Counted from the stretch's first letter, positions 14,623 to 28,470 are shown. The stretch is 64,000 bases of DNA from Eledone cirrhosa (GCA_964016885.1 OZ024743.1:7006001-7070000), one strand, 5' to 3'. Program-made: numbers and translations. The notes: a model not told the origin generated them from the letters alone.

Positions 14623-15838
14623 TAGTAGATTACCTCAGAAATATGGTTAGGAAAGGGTTAATGTGCCAGCACACTGCATGGCCATCAGCTAGTTATTTAA
14701 TGCCCATCCATTTTCTCAGCTCATTTTCACTTTACTCATCATGCAAGCTACCTTACGCTTCCAGTGATACATATCCTATTTATTTCACTCCAGCTGCTCC
14801 AGATCAGCATTCAATACCCAGTTTATTTTGAAAACTTTTATTTGATTCAGGGCATATGTTGAGACTGAAATAATTAAACTGAGGAAGACTCTCATGATGG
14901 GTATTTAAAACACACATATGCCATTATAGTCACCTTTGTTTTATTTTGTGACAGTATTATGCATTATAATCTTTCAAAATGTTTTGTTGTACATCTATAA
15001 CACTATTCTACTGCACTTGATCATAAAATGAAATAAACCTGGTTTTAGTGGTGTGGGTGGGTGTGTTTGGGGACTTTAATTGGTTGTAACTATTCCTTAA
15101 TGTAATTATTTTGAAAATTCTGAGCAACAAATTTTATCTTTCTTGTAAAAAAAAATCGTACAATTCTGAAACAAATATATTTTTGAGTTTATATAAGGTT
15201 AATATATTTTATATGAAATTTAGCACATTTCTATATTATTGAAAGGTTTCAGTGCTCTTCCAACTGTATGATTAATGCTTTGAATTGATTTTGAAATGGG
15301 AGGTCCCACAGAAGAACATCCTACCAATCCTAACTATTTTATCCCTTTTGTGCATTTTTCATGAATGCATTCATCAATGCCTAGTTGCCTTATTACTCAC
15401 TAATCTAAAGGATTCTGCATGGCAGAGTTGGTTGGTATATGCTAAGGATCTAACTAAACATGTCTAGATTCCTGCCACAATTGTTACATGAAAACTGAAA
15501 CAATAAAAATATGCTCTCTCAGGCAACTACTTAACACAATTTCTTTCAAATATTGATATCATAGTTAATAGTGCAAAATATATTAGAATACTGATCACAT
15601 TCTCAAGAATTACTTTTTGTTTTCATTTAACGTTTTGTAAAATTGATTCAAATATATAATTTAACTGAATGAAAGTTAAAAATACACAATTTTATTGTAT
15701 GGCATGTATTACCAACCCTTAGTATTAGGATTGCAATGTTTCATTCTAAACTGATATTGCCACAAGAGCTACTGATCATATTTTCAAAGATTTTGTTTCA
15801 AAAGTTTTTTTATAGAAGGCATTTAATTATCTTTCTAG

Positions 15839-15899
15839 GTGTTGAAGGCAGAGAGACCTGATGTTGATGAAAAGCGATCAGATTTGCTCAAACTCCAAG
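15839..15899 (+). CDS. DYNC1H1: dynein HC exon (VLKAERPDVDEKRSDLLKLQ)
   Basis: tag|GTG ... CAA G|gtaaaa. Confidence 0.95.
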
Positions 15900-16522
15900 G
15901 TAAAATTGTCAATTCACTATCCTGATTCCAATGGCAGTGCCCCACATGGCCCTGGCCTATCAGCTGGAACATGTAATAGAGTAATGTAGTTCTGGAAATC
16001 TTTGGTGTATCAAATTTGCAAAATAGCTTACTTTTTGATGTTCATATTTATCTGAATTGAGTTTATTAATATTCAGTATTATATAATTAATGTTGTAATC
16101 CAGTTGAATTTGTGTATTTGTATCAAGGTTATTCCATATCTTATGCTTTCATAAAGGACCTGATATTTAGCTAATTTACTTAATTCTAATTTATGATTAT
16201 CACAGATAAGTTTGACTTCTACATTTAATTTATCCATTAGATGTTTTTATTCTCACTATTCAAATAAGTTTGCTCCTTTTAGACAAAATCTGTGAACTTA
16301 TTGGAGTGATTTCAATTCACTGTTACTTTTATAATTCTTCTGTAGGATTTTCAAATTTCTAAGTTTTATTTCCCCCTCACTATTTTATATTTAAGAAAAG
16401 TATAGAAAATAATTCAGTGTTTTGCATAATTATTTAATAGTCATTTATTTTTAAATGTTATATCTAAATTTCTTATTTCAAAATGTTATATTCTGAATTG
16501 CTTATCATTTGTTTGTAAATAG

Positions 16523-16610
16523 GTGAATTCCAGCTGCGTTTGCGCCAACTTGAAAAGTCACTGTTGCAAGCTCTCAATGATACCAAGGGAAAAATTCTTG
16601 ATGATGACAG
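16523..16610 (+). CDS. DYNC1H1: dynein HC exon, buttress ([18 protein letters not shown]...)
   Basis: tag|GT GAA ... GAC AG|gttaac. Confidence 0.95.
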
Positions 16611-16647
16611 GTTAACTAAATTTATCAAAAAACATTTCAAACTGAAG

Positions 16648-16810
16648 GCAGGAAATTGGCATTGTTGTTAGGGTGTTGGATAGAATGCTTTGCAGTATTC
16701 ATTCTAGCTCACTGCAATTTTCAAATCCTGCTGAATTTAACTTTACCTTTTATTCTTTACCTTTTATTCTTTACCTTTTATTCTTTACCTTTCATTCTTT
16801 ACCTTTTAAT
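16648..16810 (+). mobile_element. Diverged SINE with internal 14-bp tandem amplification (tttaccttttattc)
   Basis: A/B-box remnants followed by 4-5 copies of the core start. Confidence 0.65.
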
Positions 16811-17855
16811 CCAGTACTAGGGGCAATTCTCTTTCACTTTCTATCCAAAAAATTATAGTCTAACCTGGAAAGGGATGGGCACTGCTCAAGACATATATGT
16901 TATAATGGTGTCCCTATGACTCCATTAAGAGTTAAGTGATCAGTGATTTACAAACTGAATTTTCTTTTGGGGGTTTCATATATTTTAAAATCTTCTCTCT
17001 TTTTTTAATAAGACAAAACTCAAGATGGTTAAGTCTTAAATCCCTAAATCTAGCTTGACACTCCCCACCTTTTTATTTTTTTTTTATTTTTCACTTAGCT
17101 CTTTCATTGTGTAGCAATAGAAAAGAGGACGGTTTGGAATATACAGTGTAGTAGGTATGTTAACTGAACCAAGAAAATGGTATTGGACTGCAAAATCACC
17201 AATACATTCCAGTAGCTCATAGCATGTAATCATAGTAAATTTTGCTTTTCAAGAACTATTCCCCAGTGCTGCTTTATAGAACTTAAATAAAATTTAATGC
17301 ACATTATCATATTTTTAAATTCTTGTCTATTTTTTGGTGCTTCAATTTGCCACTGCTAAAATTAATTTGTAATTAATTTAAGTGGGTATACAGCTTAAGA
17401 TAGTTTTAGAGTTTAAAGATAAACCTGCAACCTTTTTTAGTAACTCTCTAAGCTGGTTATTTAATGTGAGTGTGTTAAATCATATTTACAGCATTTATAT
17501 CTAAATTTAAAATTTAGATTTCCACTTCTTAGTTTTCATTTAGCTAGTTAATGTTCTGCCAGACGTTGAAACCAGCATATAGTATTAGCAATGAAAATAC
17601 TGATTAAAACATTGTTTTCTTGGTTTGATCTGCTTTTTTCCTTTGTTTTTATTTACTGAATGTTTTTGTAAATCATTTAAATCAATTTTGAAATTAAAAT
17701 GAAATGTTGAGGTTGTAATAAGTATTGCCAGTTGACCTCAGGTAAGGAAAGCTAAGAAAGATAGAATGAGTTGAAAATTGATTCATATTTTGCAAGTTAA
17801 AAACTCATAATCTATATCATTAACATATTTGCTCTACAATGATTTCATTTATTAG

Positions 17856-18021
17856 TATAATATCTCATCTGGAAACCTTGAAAACTGAAGCTGCAGAAGT
17901 TGCACGTAAAGTGGAAGAAACTGATCATGTTATGGCTGAAGTAGAAACAGTATCGCAACAGTATATACCTCTTGCGCAGTCTTGCAGCAGCATCTATTTT
18001 ACTTTGGAAGCTCTACAGCAA
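17856..18021 (+). CDS. DYNC1H1: dynein HC exon ([15 protein letters not shown]...)
   Basis: tag|T ATA ... CAA|gtaagt. Confidence 0.95.
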
Positions 18022-18720
18022 GTAAGTACATTTAGCTGCCTGTTTTCATTTTATTGCCACCATTGCTATTGTGATAGGTTTAATCATTTACTTTATACAT
18101 TTGTATAGCTTGAATGAGTTTGTACATCGATGTGGTCTAATTCTATGTAATTTGTCAAGGAGATTTAAACTTTTGAAGTTTCATCTGAATTCTTCAAAGA
18201 CATCTTCTTTGGTTAATCAGTATGTTATTATATATTACCAGACATAATATCCATCATTTTACATCCATTTCCTACACTGGTGTGAGTTGGACATCTGAGA
18301 CCAGATGGGTTGGAGCATCCTCATCATACTCCTTATGTTCCATATTGGCATGGTTTCTATGGCTGATGCCCTTCTTAAAGCCAACTACCTTACAAAGTAT
18401 ACTGGATTTGTTTTTGGTCACAGCAGCACTACCACTTTACAGAGTAGGCTGGATGCATTTTATCATGGTGCCAACACTAGCTAATCCTTTTATAATTCAT
18501 GCCCTTTCTTTAGTTCAAACCATTAAGTTTGGGCTGTATTGCAGCACAAATGCTCAGGTCAATCATATCTATTCTTATGCCAATATCCTTAATTGTTTAC
18601 TTTTCACTCTTCTATTTAAAAAAATGTTGGTTCATTACATTTTCCTTGGTGTTTCACTTCATTTATTCAAGTGTTTCCCTTTTTTATGTTAATACACACA
18701 AACATATATATGTATATACA

Positions 18721-18936
18721 TCCACTGCAAAATGGTCGTGGAGGTGCCATGGCAAAAAAGCAACCAGCCCACACTGTAAAGTGGACGTGTAGACGCCATG
18801 GAATAAAAGTACCCAGCACTCACTGTAAATGAGGTTGGTGTCAGGAAGGGCATCCAGCTGTAGAAATCAAGCCAGAATCAGTTCCCGTCCCACCCTTGCA
18901 AGCAGGGAAAAGCAGACGTAAAATGGTGATGATGAT
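18721..18936 (+). mobile_element. Non-autonomous RTE 3'-UTR-derived element
   Basis: Matches the RTE 3' UTR (aggaagggcatccagctgtagaaatcaagcc) and ends in (GAT)n. Confidence 0.85.
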
Positions 18937-19240
18937 CAACATTTAACATGCACTTTTCCATGCTGGTGTAGGTTGAATGGATTGTCACTGACCAAATCAG
19001 TACCTAATCAGAGCTACTATCTTCTTACATATGTTTTCATTTTGGTAGGAAAGGAATCCAGCTGGAGACAGCTGGAATCCTTTACTGTTTACTACCACCA
19101 ACCACTTTTTAGAGTGTACTCGGGGCATTTTATGTTGGCATCAACATTAGTGGGTTATTCATATCTTTGACACAACTACATCTTCTTGGCCCTTTGCTTG
19201 GCATAACACTAATTCCTTTTTTTTTTTTTTTTTATTCTAG

Positions 19241-19375
19241 GTCCATTTCTTATACCAATACTCATTGCAGTTCTTTTTAGATATTTTCCATTCTGTACTT
19301 TATAATAATTCTCATCTCAATGGTGTGAAAGAATATGGTTCAAGATTAGCAATAACAACAGCTGATCTTTTCCAA
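19241..19375 (+). CDS. DYNC1H1: dynein HC exon ([16 protein letters not shown]...)
   Basis: tag|GTC ... CAA|gtaagt. Confidence 0.95.
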
Positions 19376-20318
19376 GTAAGTGGCTCTTTTATCATTTAAC
19401 CTTTTAGAATGCTAGTTTATTTTATGTTAATGTCTACTGATTTATTTTAAATGTGTATGAAATACAGTTATAATCTTTTTAAATGATTATATCTAAAAGC
19501 TAATGAATTGAATTTTGGCATATTGTAGGAAATAGTTGATAGAAACAAGATGTTTTAGTAAATGATTTCAGATAACAAGGTTGAATTAAAAAAAGAATAA
19601 ATAAACTGGATTTCACTGGGCTACATTAATTTAAATCTCCACTAAAGAATTGTCATGATCTAATTACCTTGCTAAGTTCCTTTTCTCTCCCACTGTTACC
19701 ACTCATCACAAGATGTAGCTTTTATAGCTGTAGTGATAACCAGTTAGAAATTGGAAGTCCCAGTGATGCCCACCCATATAAAAGGAATTTTTTATCTTTA
19801 CATACAGTAGGAAGAACTCAATAAGATAGCATGTAGGTAACTGGTCTCAATTAAAATTGATACAAGTTGGAGAGGACCTTTAGTCCTGCAAAACACCATT
19901 TCAGGTGTCAATGGTTCAAAAATAAATCCTATCTACCCTGCTAGTGGTTGATGATAGAAAATACAGCAGAGCACATTGAGTAATAAAAGCAACCTTATTA
20001 ACAAGACTGATACCTGTCCAGTACATAGTAAGGATGTTCTGTCAGGTATGAACACTCATTGACCATCTAGCATCACTTGCAGCAACATTCTTTTCAAGTC
20101 TGACTCTATCAATGTTGGCATTTGAAAGGTAGGTCTGGTGAAATAAATGTTGGAGCAGACAGGTATATATGTATATTGAGTGTAAGAAATAAGTGGAAGG
20201 GATGTTTGTTTAGATTTTGATTGTTGAAATTTTGAAAATTCATTGTGTTAATAAAAATTTTTTGTTTTAAAAATTTAGTGTGTTATTACCTTATTCTTTT
20301 TTGTTGTTGTCATTATAG

Positions 20319-20413
20319 GAAACTTATAGTAGAGTTGGGCATGGTATGCTTCATGAAGATCGTATTACATTTGCTATACAGTTATGCAGGATCCACCTTC
20401 AAGGATTGTCCAT
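20319..20413 (+). CDS. DYNC1H1: dynein HC exon (ETYSRVGHGMLHEDRITFA...)
   Basis: tag|GAA ... TCC AT|gtatgt. Confidence 0.93.
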
Positions 20414-21674
20414 GTATGTATCATTTCTTAATATAACCACTAATCTCACCATCTACTTGTTTGTGTTTATGTAATGTAGACAAGTTTTCTAGTTATATGA
20501 TCTTATTTTATCAACATATACAGTGATATGAACATTTTTATATTTATTCCAGGTATTATTTTATCAACTTATATAGTGATAGGAGAATTTTTATATTATT
20601 TGTTCCAAGTGCCCTTCATATCAAACCTCTTTATGTTGAGCACAATTGCTCAACTTGCTAGAAATATCTACCAAATCTCCTTCAAATTATATCCTACAGC
20701 CTTTAAAAAAAATGACACATTGGATAATGTAGTTTTAGAGACACTTCTTGAAAAACGATGTATGGCTGGAAAACCTTATGAGTTGCGTGGAACTGTTAGT
20801 GATCAATTCACAAACAGTATAACACTTTTAACACCAAGAAATAAATGATTCTTTGTGTGTATATGTTTTGTTGCTAATGATTATAGTTCTGCTAGATCAG
20901 GGCTGACCTGGTATTAAACAACTTAGTTTTGCTTCTGTTAATTAAAATGTACACCTGTATTAGTTACAATGTCTTTCAAAGCTAATGATATGAAAGAGAA
21001 TGAAAGCTAAATATTCCACACATTTAGATATTGAGGCTAATATATACACAGCAAATATTACAAGCAGATAATAAACCCACCACTACCATATGAACATGTA
21101 TACACAGTGTCTCTTGAGGCATTTGTAGGATAAATAGATATGAGTAGAAATTTCAATGTGGAATAGTAAATTAGTTAACAGGATAAAATATTTATAAGAT
21201 GCAATGCATGGTCATATATTTTTTTGCATATATTTGAGTTTATAATGAAAATTCAAGATTACTGACAAATAGAAATAACAAAGTTGGCCCACATCTGACA
21301 AAGAAGTGATGTAATTCTTGCAATAACTTTTCTTTGTTGTATTGTGTGTGCCTATGAGAGGAATGGCACTGAACAGATTAAATAGGTGTACTTATTGACT
21401 AAGGAGTAAGTATTGCTGCTGCAAATGGTTCTTTTCACACTGATGTAGAATGTGAACTTAAATAGTAGGTGTATAGGGATCTGTTCATTTTCTTGAGATA
21501 TGTGACTTGAGATATTAATTGTAAAATGTTACATGAAATAGTAAGAGTTCTATAGTGTAGGATAAGGTCAAACAAATGTATCTTGCTGGTTCTGTTTGAA
21601 ATACTCCTTACTTGATATTTGTATATAACAGTTGCAGTTTTCAATAAATCTACTTATACTTATTATTGTTATAG

Positions 21675-21777
21675 TGAACCAAGTTATGATAATGAATTTA
21701 ACTATTTCATGAGAGGAGATGAAGGAATTCTTACTGCCCAAACTCCAGAAACCATCAAAGGACTATCCCCACAACAG
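21675..21777 (+). CDS. DYNC1H1: dynein HC exon (EPSYDNEFNYFMRG...)
   Basis: tag|T GAA ... CAG|gtaaaa. Confidence 0.9.
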
Positions 21778-21879
21778 GTAAAAAGTATTTTCTAAATTGT
21801 TTCGCTGAAATTGTTAATAAAACGTCTTTTCCTTTTTGCATATTATTCTTATGCTGAATTTTTAATAATTTTATTTCAG

Positions 21880-21948
21880 GTCATAAATATGATGAGTATA
21901 TCGAAGTTAGATGGATTCAAAGACATCAGGTCAAAAGTTCAAAATAAT
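21880..21948 (+). CDS. DYNC1H1: dynein HC exon (VINMMSISKLDGFKDI...)
   Basis: cag|GTC ... AAT|gtaagt; 69 nt keeps frame. Confidence 0.88.
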
Positions 21949-22843
21949 GTAAGTGTTTATTATTGATTTGCTAGATGTTTCTCTATTCTATGAGAGGGTT
22001 CTGAATGTTCAGATATTTGCAGGAATCTCTAGAAAATTAAATTCTTTCTCTTAAACTTTCCAAAATTTGTCTTACAATATTATATTTGGCCAAACAATAT
22101 TATATCCATTTCAAGTCTTGCTTTAGTTTTGTTACATGTTTGTTTGTTATCTGAGTTGTTTTAGTTAAGTTTCTTTAACATGATACACTTATCTACCTAC
22201 CAAGTTAAAGGATGCTTACATGGCTGTAATCATGGATAACAGTTTGCTATATCATTTAAACAAGTAAAGCAGGAAACTTCTCGCTAATAAAGTCTAATAA
22301 GGTCATGGTTTTAATTACCAGACTGGACAGGCAGCATGTTGTTCTTGAGCAAAATACTTTTTCATGTTTCTACCTTCTGCTAGGAGTTGTGACCAGCAGG
22401 TAGCATCAGCAATGTAAACTATAGAAATATATAAAATAGAACTAGAGAAAGGAATAAAGCTTTATTTTTCTGCTCACATTTCATATATTTGCCATTGTCC
22501 TACATTGCTTCATTCCTTTCCAGCCCTGTGAAATTGTCTTTAATGAACTTTCAATGAAATACTGTTACTTGATAACTATTAACTCAGTTTGTTAGTCTCA
22601 AAACAGTTTTTCAAACTCATGTCCTTCATCTCCACTTGGTCAACCATACCTGTTACTTTCCTTCTAGTACTGATACTTCTTAGAATTCTTGAGTTGTGTT
22701 GCTTTTGAATATTTTCTCTGAAATGATTATTTTCCCCCTATTCTCTCATATGTTAGTCATTATATTTTTAATAAAATACTTTTGAAGTTTCTTATTTTTT
22801 CCTCTTAAATTTTTTTTTAATATTTAATTTTTATTTTTGTCAG

Positions 22844-22919
22844 GATTTCTTAGAATGGTTGCATAATTCTGCTCCAGAAACAGATGTTCCAGCTATATGG
22901 AGCGAAGAAAAACCTCTTA
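22844..22919 (+). CDS. DYNC1H1: dynein HC exon (DFLEWLHNSAPETDVPAIW...)
   Basis: cag|GAT ... CTT A|gtaatt. Confidence 0.92.
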
Positions 22920-23936
22920 GTAATTATACCTTTTTCCCTTGGTTTTCTGTGTTTATGAACATTTTTCATAATTTATTTTTGTTACTTAGTAACAGATTCA
23001 GTTGTACTAGAGAATTATATCAGGTGTTTATGAAGAGATAAGCAATAAAATGTTTTGGAAATTTAGTAGTTTCCAATATCTAGTGTAGTGGCATGATTAA
23101 CTCTTGATGAAACACAGCATTGGAGAACTTGTTTAATGAGCTAAGAAATACTTAGCATCTCTAGCTTACATTTATTATAGGAAAAAGATTTCATTTATTG
23201 ATGTCTCCTAAACAATAAGAAGGATTAATGCAAGTGACTACTCATGTAAGAAAGGATAAATGAATTGGAATAGTGCCATTATTCAATGAAGAGTTTGATT
23301 CAGAAAAATGTTTACAAAAAGTCTCCTGGGATTCTTCGTTTTCACCCCTGACACCTTCATGAAACAAATAAACTAGATGTCCATAAGTGGTTTGGTATAC
23401 AGGTTTTTTTTTAATGAGAAGTTAATATGGATGAGAGGATTCAAGTCAAGTATCCTGATGATAAAACTAAAGTTAAAAACCACCAAAGCAGGGTAACATT
23501 TAGCAGATGGCCAAAATAATATGGGGTGGAAGTAAGGAGGATTGTAATACATTGGCAGAGCTTAAAAAATAATTAATCTGTTAACTTTACTAAATCTCTC
23601 TACTCAGCCAAGTTAAGGTGGGAACCGTAAAGAAAACCTCAATAAGTAAATGTTAATGTTGAAATAGAAGAGTAATTTTGATGACCCATTCAGACATTAA
23701 AATATTTATTCTAGTCATACTGTCTGAATTACAAAAGCAACAGATGACCTGTCAAAATACATTGCAACATTTACTTACAACATTAGCTCAAATATCACTG
23801 GCATCAACTTTACCTTTCATCCTTTTAGGGTCAATAAAATATCTACCAGCCAAGTTTAGGGGTGGCTTTGTTCCTATATTAAAAAAAAAAATTATTATGG
23901 TTATAAAATTTGTCAAAAATATTATATTTATTGCAG

Positions 23937-24097
23937 CTGACATTGGGAAAGTGGTATTTTCTTTGTTGATGATTCGAGCATTCCGACCAGATCGGCTTGT
24001 GTCAACTGTACGAATGTTTGTAGAGAAAATTCTTGGTGAAACATTTGTTCATACTGCAGAAAAAGAACTCAATCTGTCTGAAGTTGTTGAAAATGAG
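23937..24097 (+). CDS. DYNC1H1: dynein HC exon (...LLMIRAFRPDRL...VVENE)
   Basis: cag|CT GAC ... GAG|gtctgg. Confidence 0.94.
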
Positions 24098-24347
24098 GTC
24101 TGGTAACATTTTTGTCATTCTTCAAATGTCTTACATTTTTTACTTTGTTGTTAACTGTGTTAATGTGAACTCTTCATATGTTAATAATCTTTTTTTTTTT
24201 TATATTTAAAGCTTTTATATTGCCAGTTTACAATTGCTATTTGTTTTAAATGTTTGGGTTGATTTCATGTGCAAACACACTCACTCACACATTCTATGAA
24301 ATTTTGAAAATTGATTTTTTTTTATTCCCCATCTCTTTATTTTTAAG

Positions 24348-24459
24348 GTTAAATCAAGTACACCTGTACTAATGTGTTCAATGGCTGGATTTGATGCCAG
24401 TGGACGAGTTGATGATTTGGCTGCTGAGCTCAATAAACAAATAACATCAATTGCTATCG
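24348..24459 (+). CDS. DYNC1H1: dynein HC exon, AAA6 ([21 protein letters not shown]...)
   Basis: aag|GTT ... ATC G|gtaaat. Confidence 0.95.
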
Positions 24460-24504
24460 GTAAATGATTTTTTTTTTTTTCGTTCATAGTATAGGCAACA
24501 TTTT

Positions 24505-24583
24505 ATAATAATAATAATAATGAAATTATTGTGTACAGTGCTCAGGTGCACTACAACTCATCAAAGATGCATGTATAGTACAT
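24505..24583 (-). mobile_element. CR1 extreme 3' end
   Basis: (taa)n gaaattattgtgtacagtgctcaggtgcactacaactc motif. Confidence 0.8.
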
Positions 24584-24737
24584 TCTTTAAAAATCATGTC
24601 CAATGAGTAGGATATAGAAACTGGTATATGATTTTGTTAAAAATGTGTGCTCTTGATTTTTTTTTTTTTGTAAAGGTTTACATGTGTTTCTACATATACA
24701 AACCCTCTCTCACTCATAATATTCATTTATTTTATAG

Positions 24738-24922
24738 GTTCAGCTGAAGGCTTTACTCAAGCTGACAAAGCGATTAATTCAGCTAGTAAATCTGGACGAT
24801 GGGTTATGTTAAAGAATGTACATTTAGCCCCACAATGGCTTGTTCAGCTAGAGAAGAAATTGCACAATTTAACCCCTCATACCAATTTCCGACTATTTCT
24901 TACAATGGAAATTAATCCAAAA
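24738..24922 (+). CDS. DYNC1H1: dynein HC exon (GSAEGF...[14 protein letters not shown]...[12 protein letters not shown])
   Basis: tag|GT TCA ... AAA|gtaagt. Confidence 0.96.
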
Positions 24923-25920
24923 GTAAGTTATTAATGTATTTTAATTTGTTTAATTTCTATTTTATTTGCAGTTTGATTATTAGTTTATTTAGGTTTCTTA
25001 GTTGACATCTTGTCAGAAATTAGTTTTATATGAAATTATTTCAAAATAAGTCTTTTTTTTAAAATTTATGTGGGTCTTTGAATAATTAAACTATAAAGAA
25101 TTCAATTTTTCTATATCAATAAGTCTACAATCTCATTTACTAATGATTCATTCATTACTACTTCAAGCAAGTACAAAGTACAATGATGGGTGGTGATATC
25201 AGAAAATAAAGATTTTTTTTTGTTTTTTCACACTATAATTATTTTTAGTTAGCTTTATAGATGTTTACACTAACTTACCTTTTGTCTTAATTTAATTTGT
25301 GATAATGGTTAACATTATGGCTAACACAAACACAATTCTTTTAAGTATTTAAAATAAGTTGTACTAAACTTGCCAAAAAATATATTCTGGAGTCAATATG
25401 ATGGTCTGAATCCTTTGAACAGCAAGGCTGCAGTCTAATGATTGAAATCAGAAAAAGAAAAGAATTAACATGAGTTAAATATTTAAGTTTCCTAGTAATG
25501 GGGTAGTTTGCACCCAAAAGATATCAATGAAGTTTAATAGGTACTACATAATAAAGAGAATGTATTTAAGCTTAGGTATATTACTATGTTATATGCAGAA
25601 GCAGCACAACAATGAACTTAGGTGAAATAGTTGAGAACATTAACAATATACTGTGATATTATAAAGATTAAGGATTATTTTTCTTTTATGAACCAAAGCA
25701 AAGGCATCTTAGATAATTGCATATGGCTTAGTTAGTTAATGTTTTAAACCATATTTGTTTGACTTCAATTCATTCTAATTTCCAACTGCAACTGCAACTT
25801 TATAATTTCCTTCTGAAAATTCAACTTTAACCATCATACATGAAACTTATTGCTATAACAATACTAGAGTAGCTGGTGTGAATTCTAAAAAAAATATTTC
25901 ATTTAATTTTACTTTTATAG

Positions 25921-26034
25921 CTTCCAACCAATTTGCTTCGTGCTGGTCGAGTGTTTGTATTTGAGCCTCCTCCTGGTATTGCTGCTAACTTGCTACGTAC
26001 ATTTTCAACTGTACCAGCAACTAGGATGTGTCAG
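25921..26034 (+). CDS. DYNC1H1: dynein HC exon ([19 protein letters not shown]...)
   Basis: tag|CTT ... CAG|gtaata. Confidence 0.95.
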
Positions 26035-26701
26035 GTAATATTGCATGTATTGTTTTAATTGGTCATTATAATTGTCTTTTCAGACTTTTAAAATAAAAAA
26101 AAGAGTTAAATTATCTCATTGGTTGCCAGGGAGGCTCCTAACAAGTTAACTTTTCACTGGCTAAATAGAATTGTGACAGATTTTCATAATAAAAGCAAAT
26201 AAATTTCAAATCTTCAAACTTATCCAATTTCTTCATAAACTTATTAGTTTATTTACATTTCTAGTCAACTGGTGAAAGCTTAGCTAGGTTACTTTAATGT
26301 AATGACTATCACAACTGTCCAGTATATGGCAGATGTGTGGTTAGATTCCCACAGGTGTCTGTCCACTTTTTTCTCTCTTGAAAGTTAATTTACTTAACTT
26401 ATTCAACTATTCTATAGTTAAGATAGGAATTGTGAAATTTCTCACAATAAATGTAAATAAATTTCAAATTATAAACTTTCTGATCCTAGATAGACAACTT
26501 ATCTATATGCCACAGTGCATCCCCTGGGAAATAGACACAACTTTATAATTCAGTAACTAACATTAGAGATAGTATCATCATTTTCCATGCTTGAATGGGT
26601 CAGACAAGTTGTCCACATCAAGAAACAAGTCTGATCAGAATTGGCCACTCCATACCTTGTTCCCTGGCACCTAACTATTGTTAATTGATAGAGGCAATGT
26701 A

Positions 26702-26876
26702 ATCATCATTTCATCATTTCATTTTACATCCACTTTTTCCCTGCTTGCAAGGGTGGGACAGGAACTGATTCTGGCTTGATTTCTACAGCTGGATGCCCTT
26801 CTTAACACCAACCTCATTTACAGTGAGTGCTGGGTGCTTTTTTGCTGTGGCACCTCCACGACCACTTTGCAGTGGA
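26702..26876 (-). mobile_element. Non-autonomous RTE 3'-UTR-derived element
   Basis: Reverse complement of 18721-18936 type, one sub-repeat shorter. Confidence 0.85.
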
Positions 26877-26904
26877 ATTATAGGGACCCCAGCCCTATCA
26901 TCTC

Positions 26905-27040
26905 ATTTCTACAGCTGAGTAAACTGGAGCAATGTGAAATAAAGTGTCTTGCTCAAGGAAACAACACATAACCCGGTCTGAGGATTCAACTCACGACCTT
27001 TCGATTGCAAGTTCAATGCTCTAACCACTAAGCCATGTCT
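26905..27040 (-). mobile_element. tRNA-derived SINE of a third family, 5' part
   Basis: Minus strand TGGCTTAGTGG A box, GAGTTGAATCC B box, ccttgagcaagacactttatttcac core. Confidence 0.75.
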
Positions 27041-27182
27041 CCATTTATACATATATATATATACATATTCCTTTATGTAATTACAGATTTTTTTTTAAAT
27101 AGAAAATTTACTATGTCAATATATTTTGAGGGTAAATATTACTATCCTTAATTTAAAATAACCATTTCTTTGTCTTTTATAG

Positions 27183-27353
27183 CCTCCCAATGAAAGATCT
27201 CGACTATATTTTCTACTTGCTTGGTTTCATGCTATTGTTCAAGAACGTATGCGTTATGTGCCACTTGGTTGGTCTAAAAAGTATGAATTTTCTGAATCGG
27301 ACCTGAAAGTTGCTTATGACATGTTAGACACTTGGATTGACTCTGTTGCCATG
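27183..27353 (+). CDS. DYNC1H1: dynein HC exon ([22 protein letters not shown]...)
   Basis: tag|CCT ... ATG|gtaagt. Confidence 0.95.
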
Positions 27354-27440
27354 GTAAGTTCAAGTAATTTTTTATGGGAAATTGCTTTTCTCTACTAAAT
27401 GCCTGATGACATAATTAATAATTTTAATCTATATTTCTAG

Positions 27441-27542
27441 GGCCGTACCAACTTACCACCTGAAAAAGTTCCTTGGGATGCCATGAGAAGTCTACTCTCT
27501 CAGTGTATATATGGAGGCAAAATTGATAATGAATTTGATCAG
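27441..27542 (+). CDS. DYNC1H1: dynein HC exon (GRTNLPPEKVPW...YGGKIDNEFDQ)
   Basis: tag|GGC ... CAG|gtagga. Confidence 0.95.
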
Positions 27543-27799
27543 GTAGGAATATTTTCTTAATTCTTTTTGTCAAATTTGATGTGTTGTTGTGTAACCCCAG
27601 GTTAGCCTTGATTAAACAGTCCAATGGCATGCATGTAGTTGGCTGAATAACTGAGCACAATTCACAGGTCTATTTTTCCAGTTGTACCATGTTCTTTGTC
27701 TAACTGAAGACCACATTACACATTTGGATAAGGTGTGACAAATCATATAGGGTGCAATGTGGTGAAATGCTGGACATTGTCCAATATGTTTTTCTATGT

Positions 27800-28470
27800 C
27801 CTCTCTAGGACATAGTCTTCATAACCATCTGTCTCTCCTGTTTCCTAGTGAATATGAAGTCAGTCTGGTTTGCATATTTATCTGATTGGTTGGTGATCAA
27901 GTGGCTGGTCGGTTTCCTGAAGTTAGTGTTGCAAATAATTAGATCATTTGAATTGCAGAATTCCAGGAGCCTTGATCCTTCTTCATTTCTTGTTTTGTAT
28001 CCAAAGCCGCAATCTACTCTAGGGTGGCTAGCATACTGTTGGCCAATATGCCAATTAAAGTCACCAACAAAGATGATGGAATCACTGTCATTTGATATTG
28101 AGATCTCCAAGTAGGCCTCATAGAAATGCTCTTCTTGCTCATTAGACAGTCCTGATTGTGGTATGTAGATAGAGATAAGTTATATACTTACTTATGACTA
28201 GTCTAAGTTTAAATATAGTCACTTACTCTGACCATCTCAATTATGTATTCTGTCTATTTCTCTGCCAATAGTAAGTCCACCCCATCTACACTGTCACTGT
28301 TACCTACCCAGAAGAATTTATACCTGTTTTCTTTACTTGAGAGAAATCTGATTGAGGTGCCTTTCTACCTCACCTCACATATCCACTCATCTCCATTCTA
28401 GTATTTCTATAATCTCACCCTACTTATCTTTCTGTGTGCCAATGTTGATAGTGGCAGACCTGAATATTCT
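27800..28470 (-). mobile_element. Degenerate RTE-type apurinic endonuclease fragment
   Basis: GDFNWHIG...GFGYKTRNEEGSRLLEFC...CNTNFRK...QTDFI. Confidence 0.8.
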
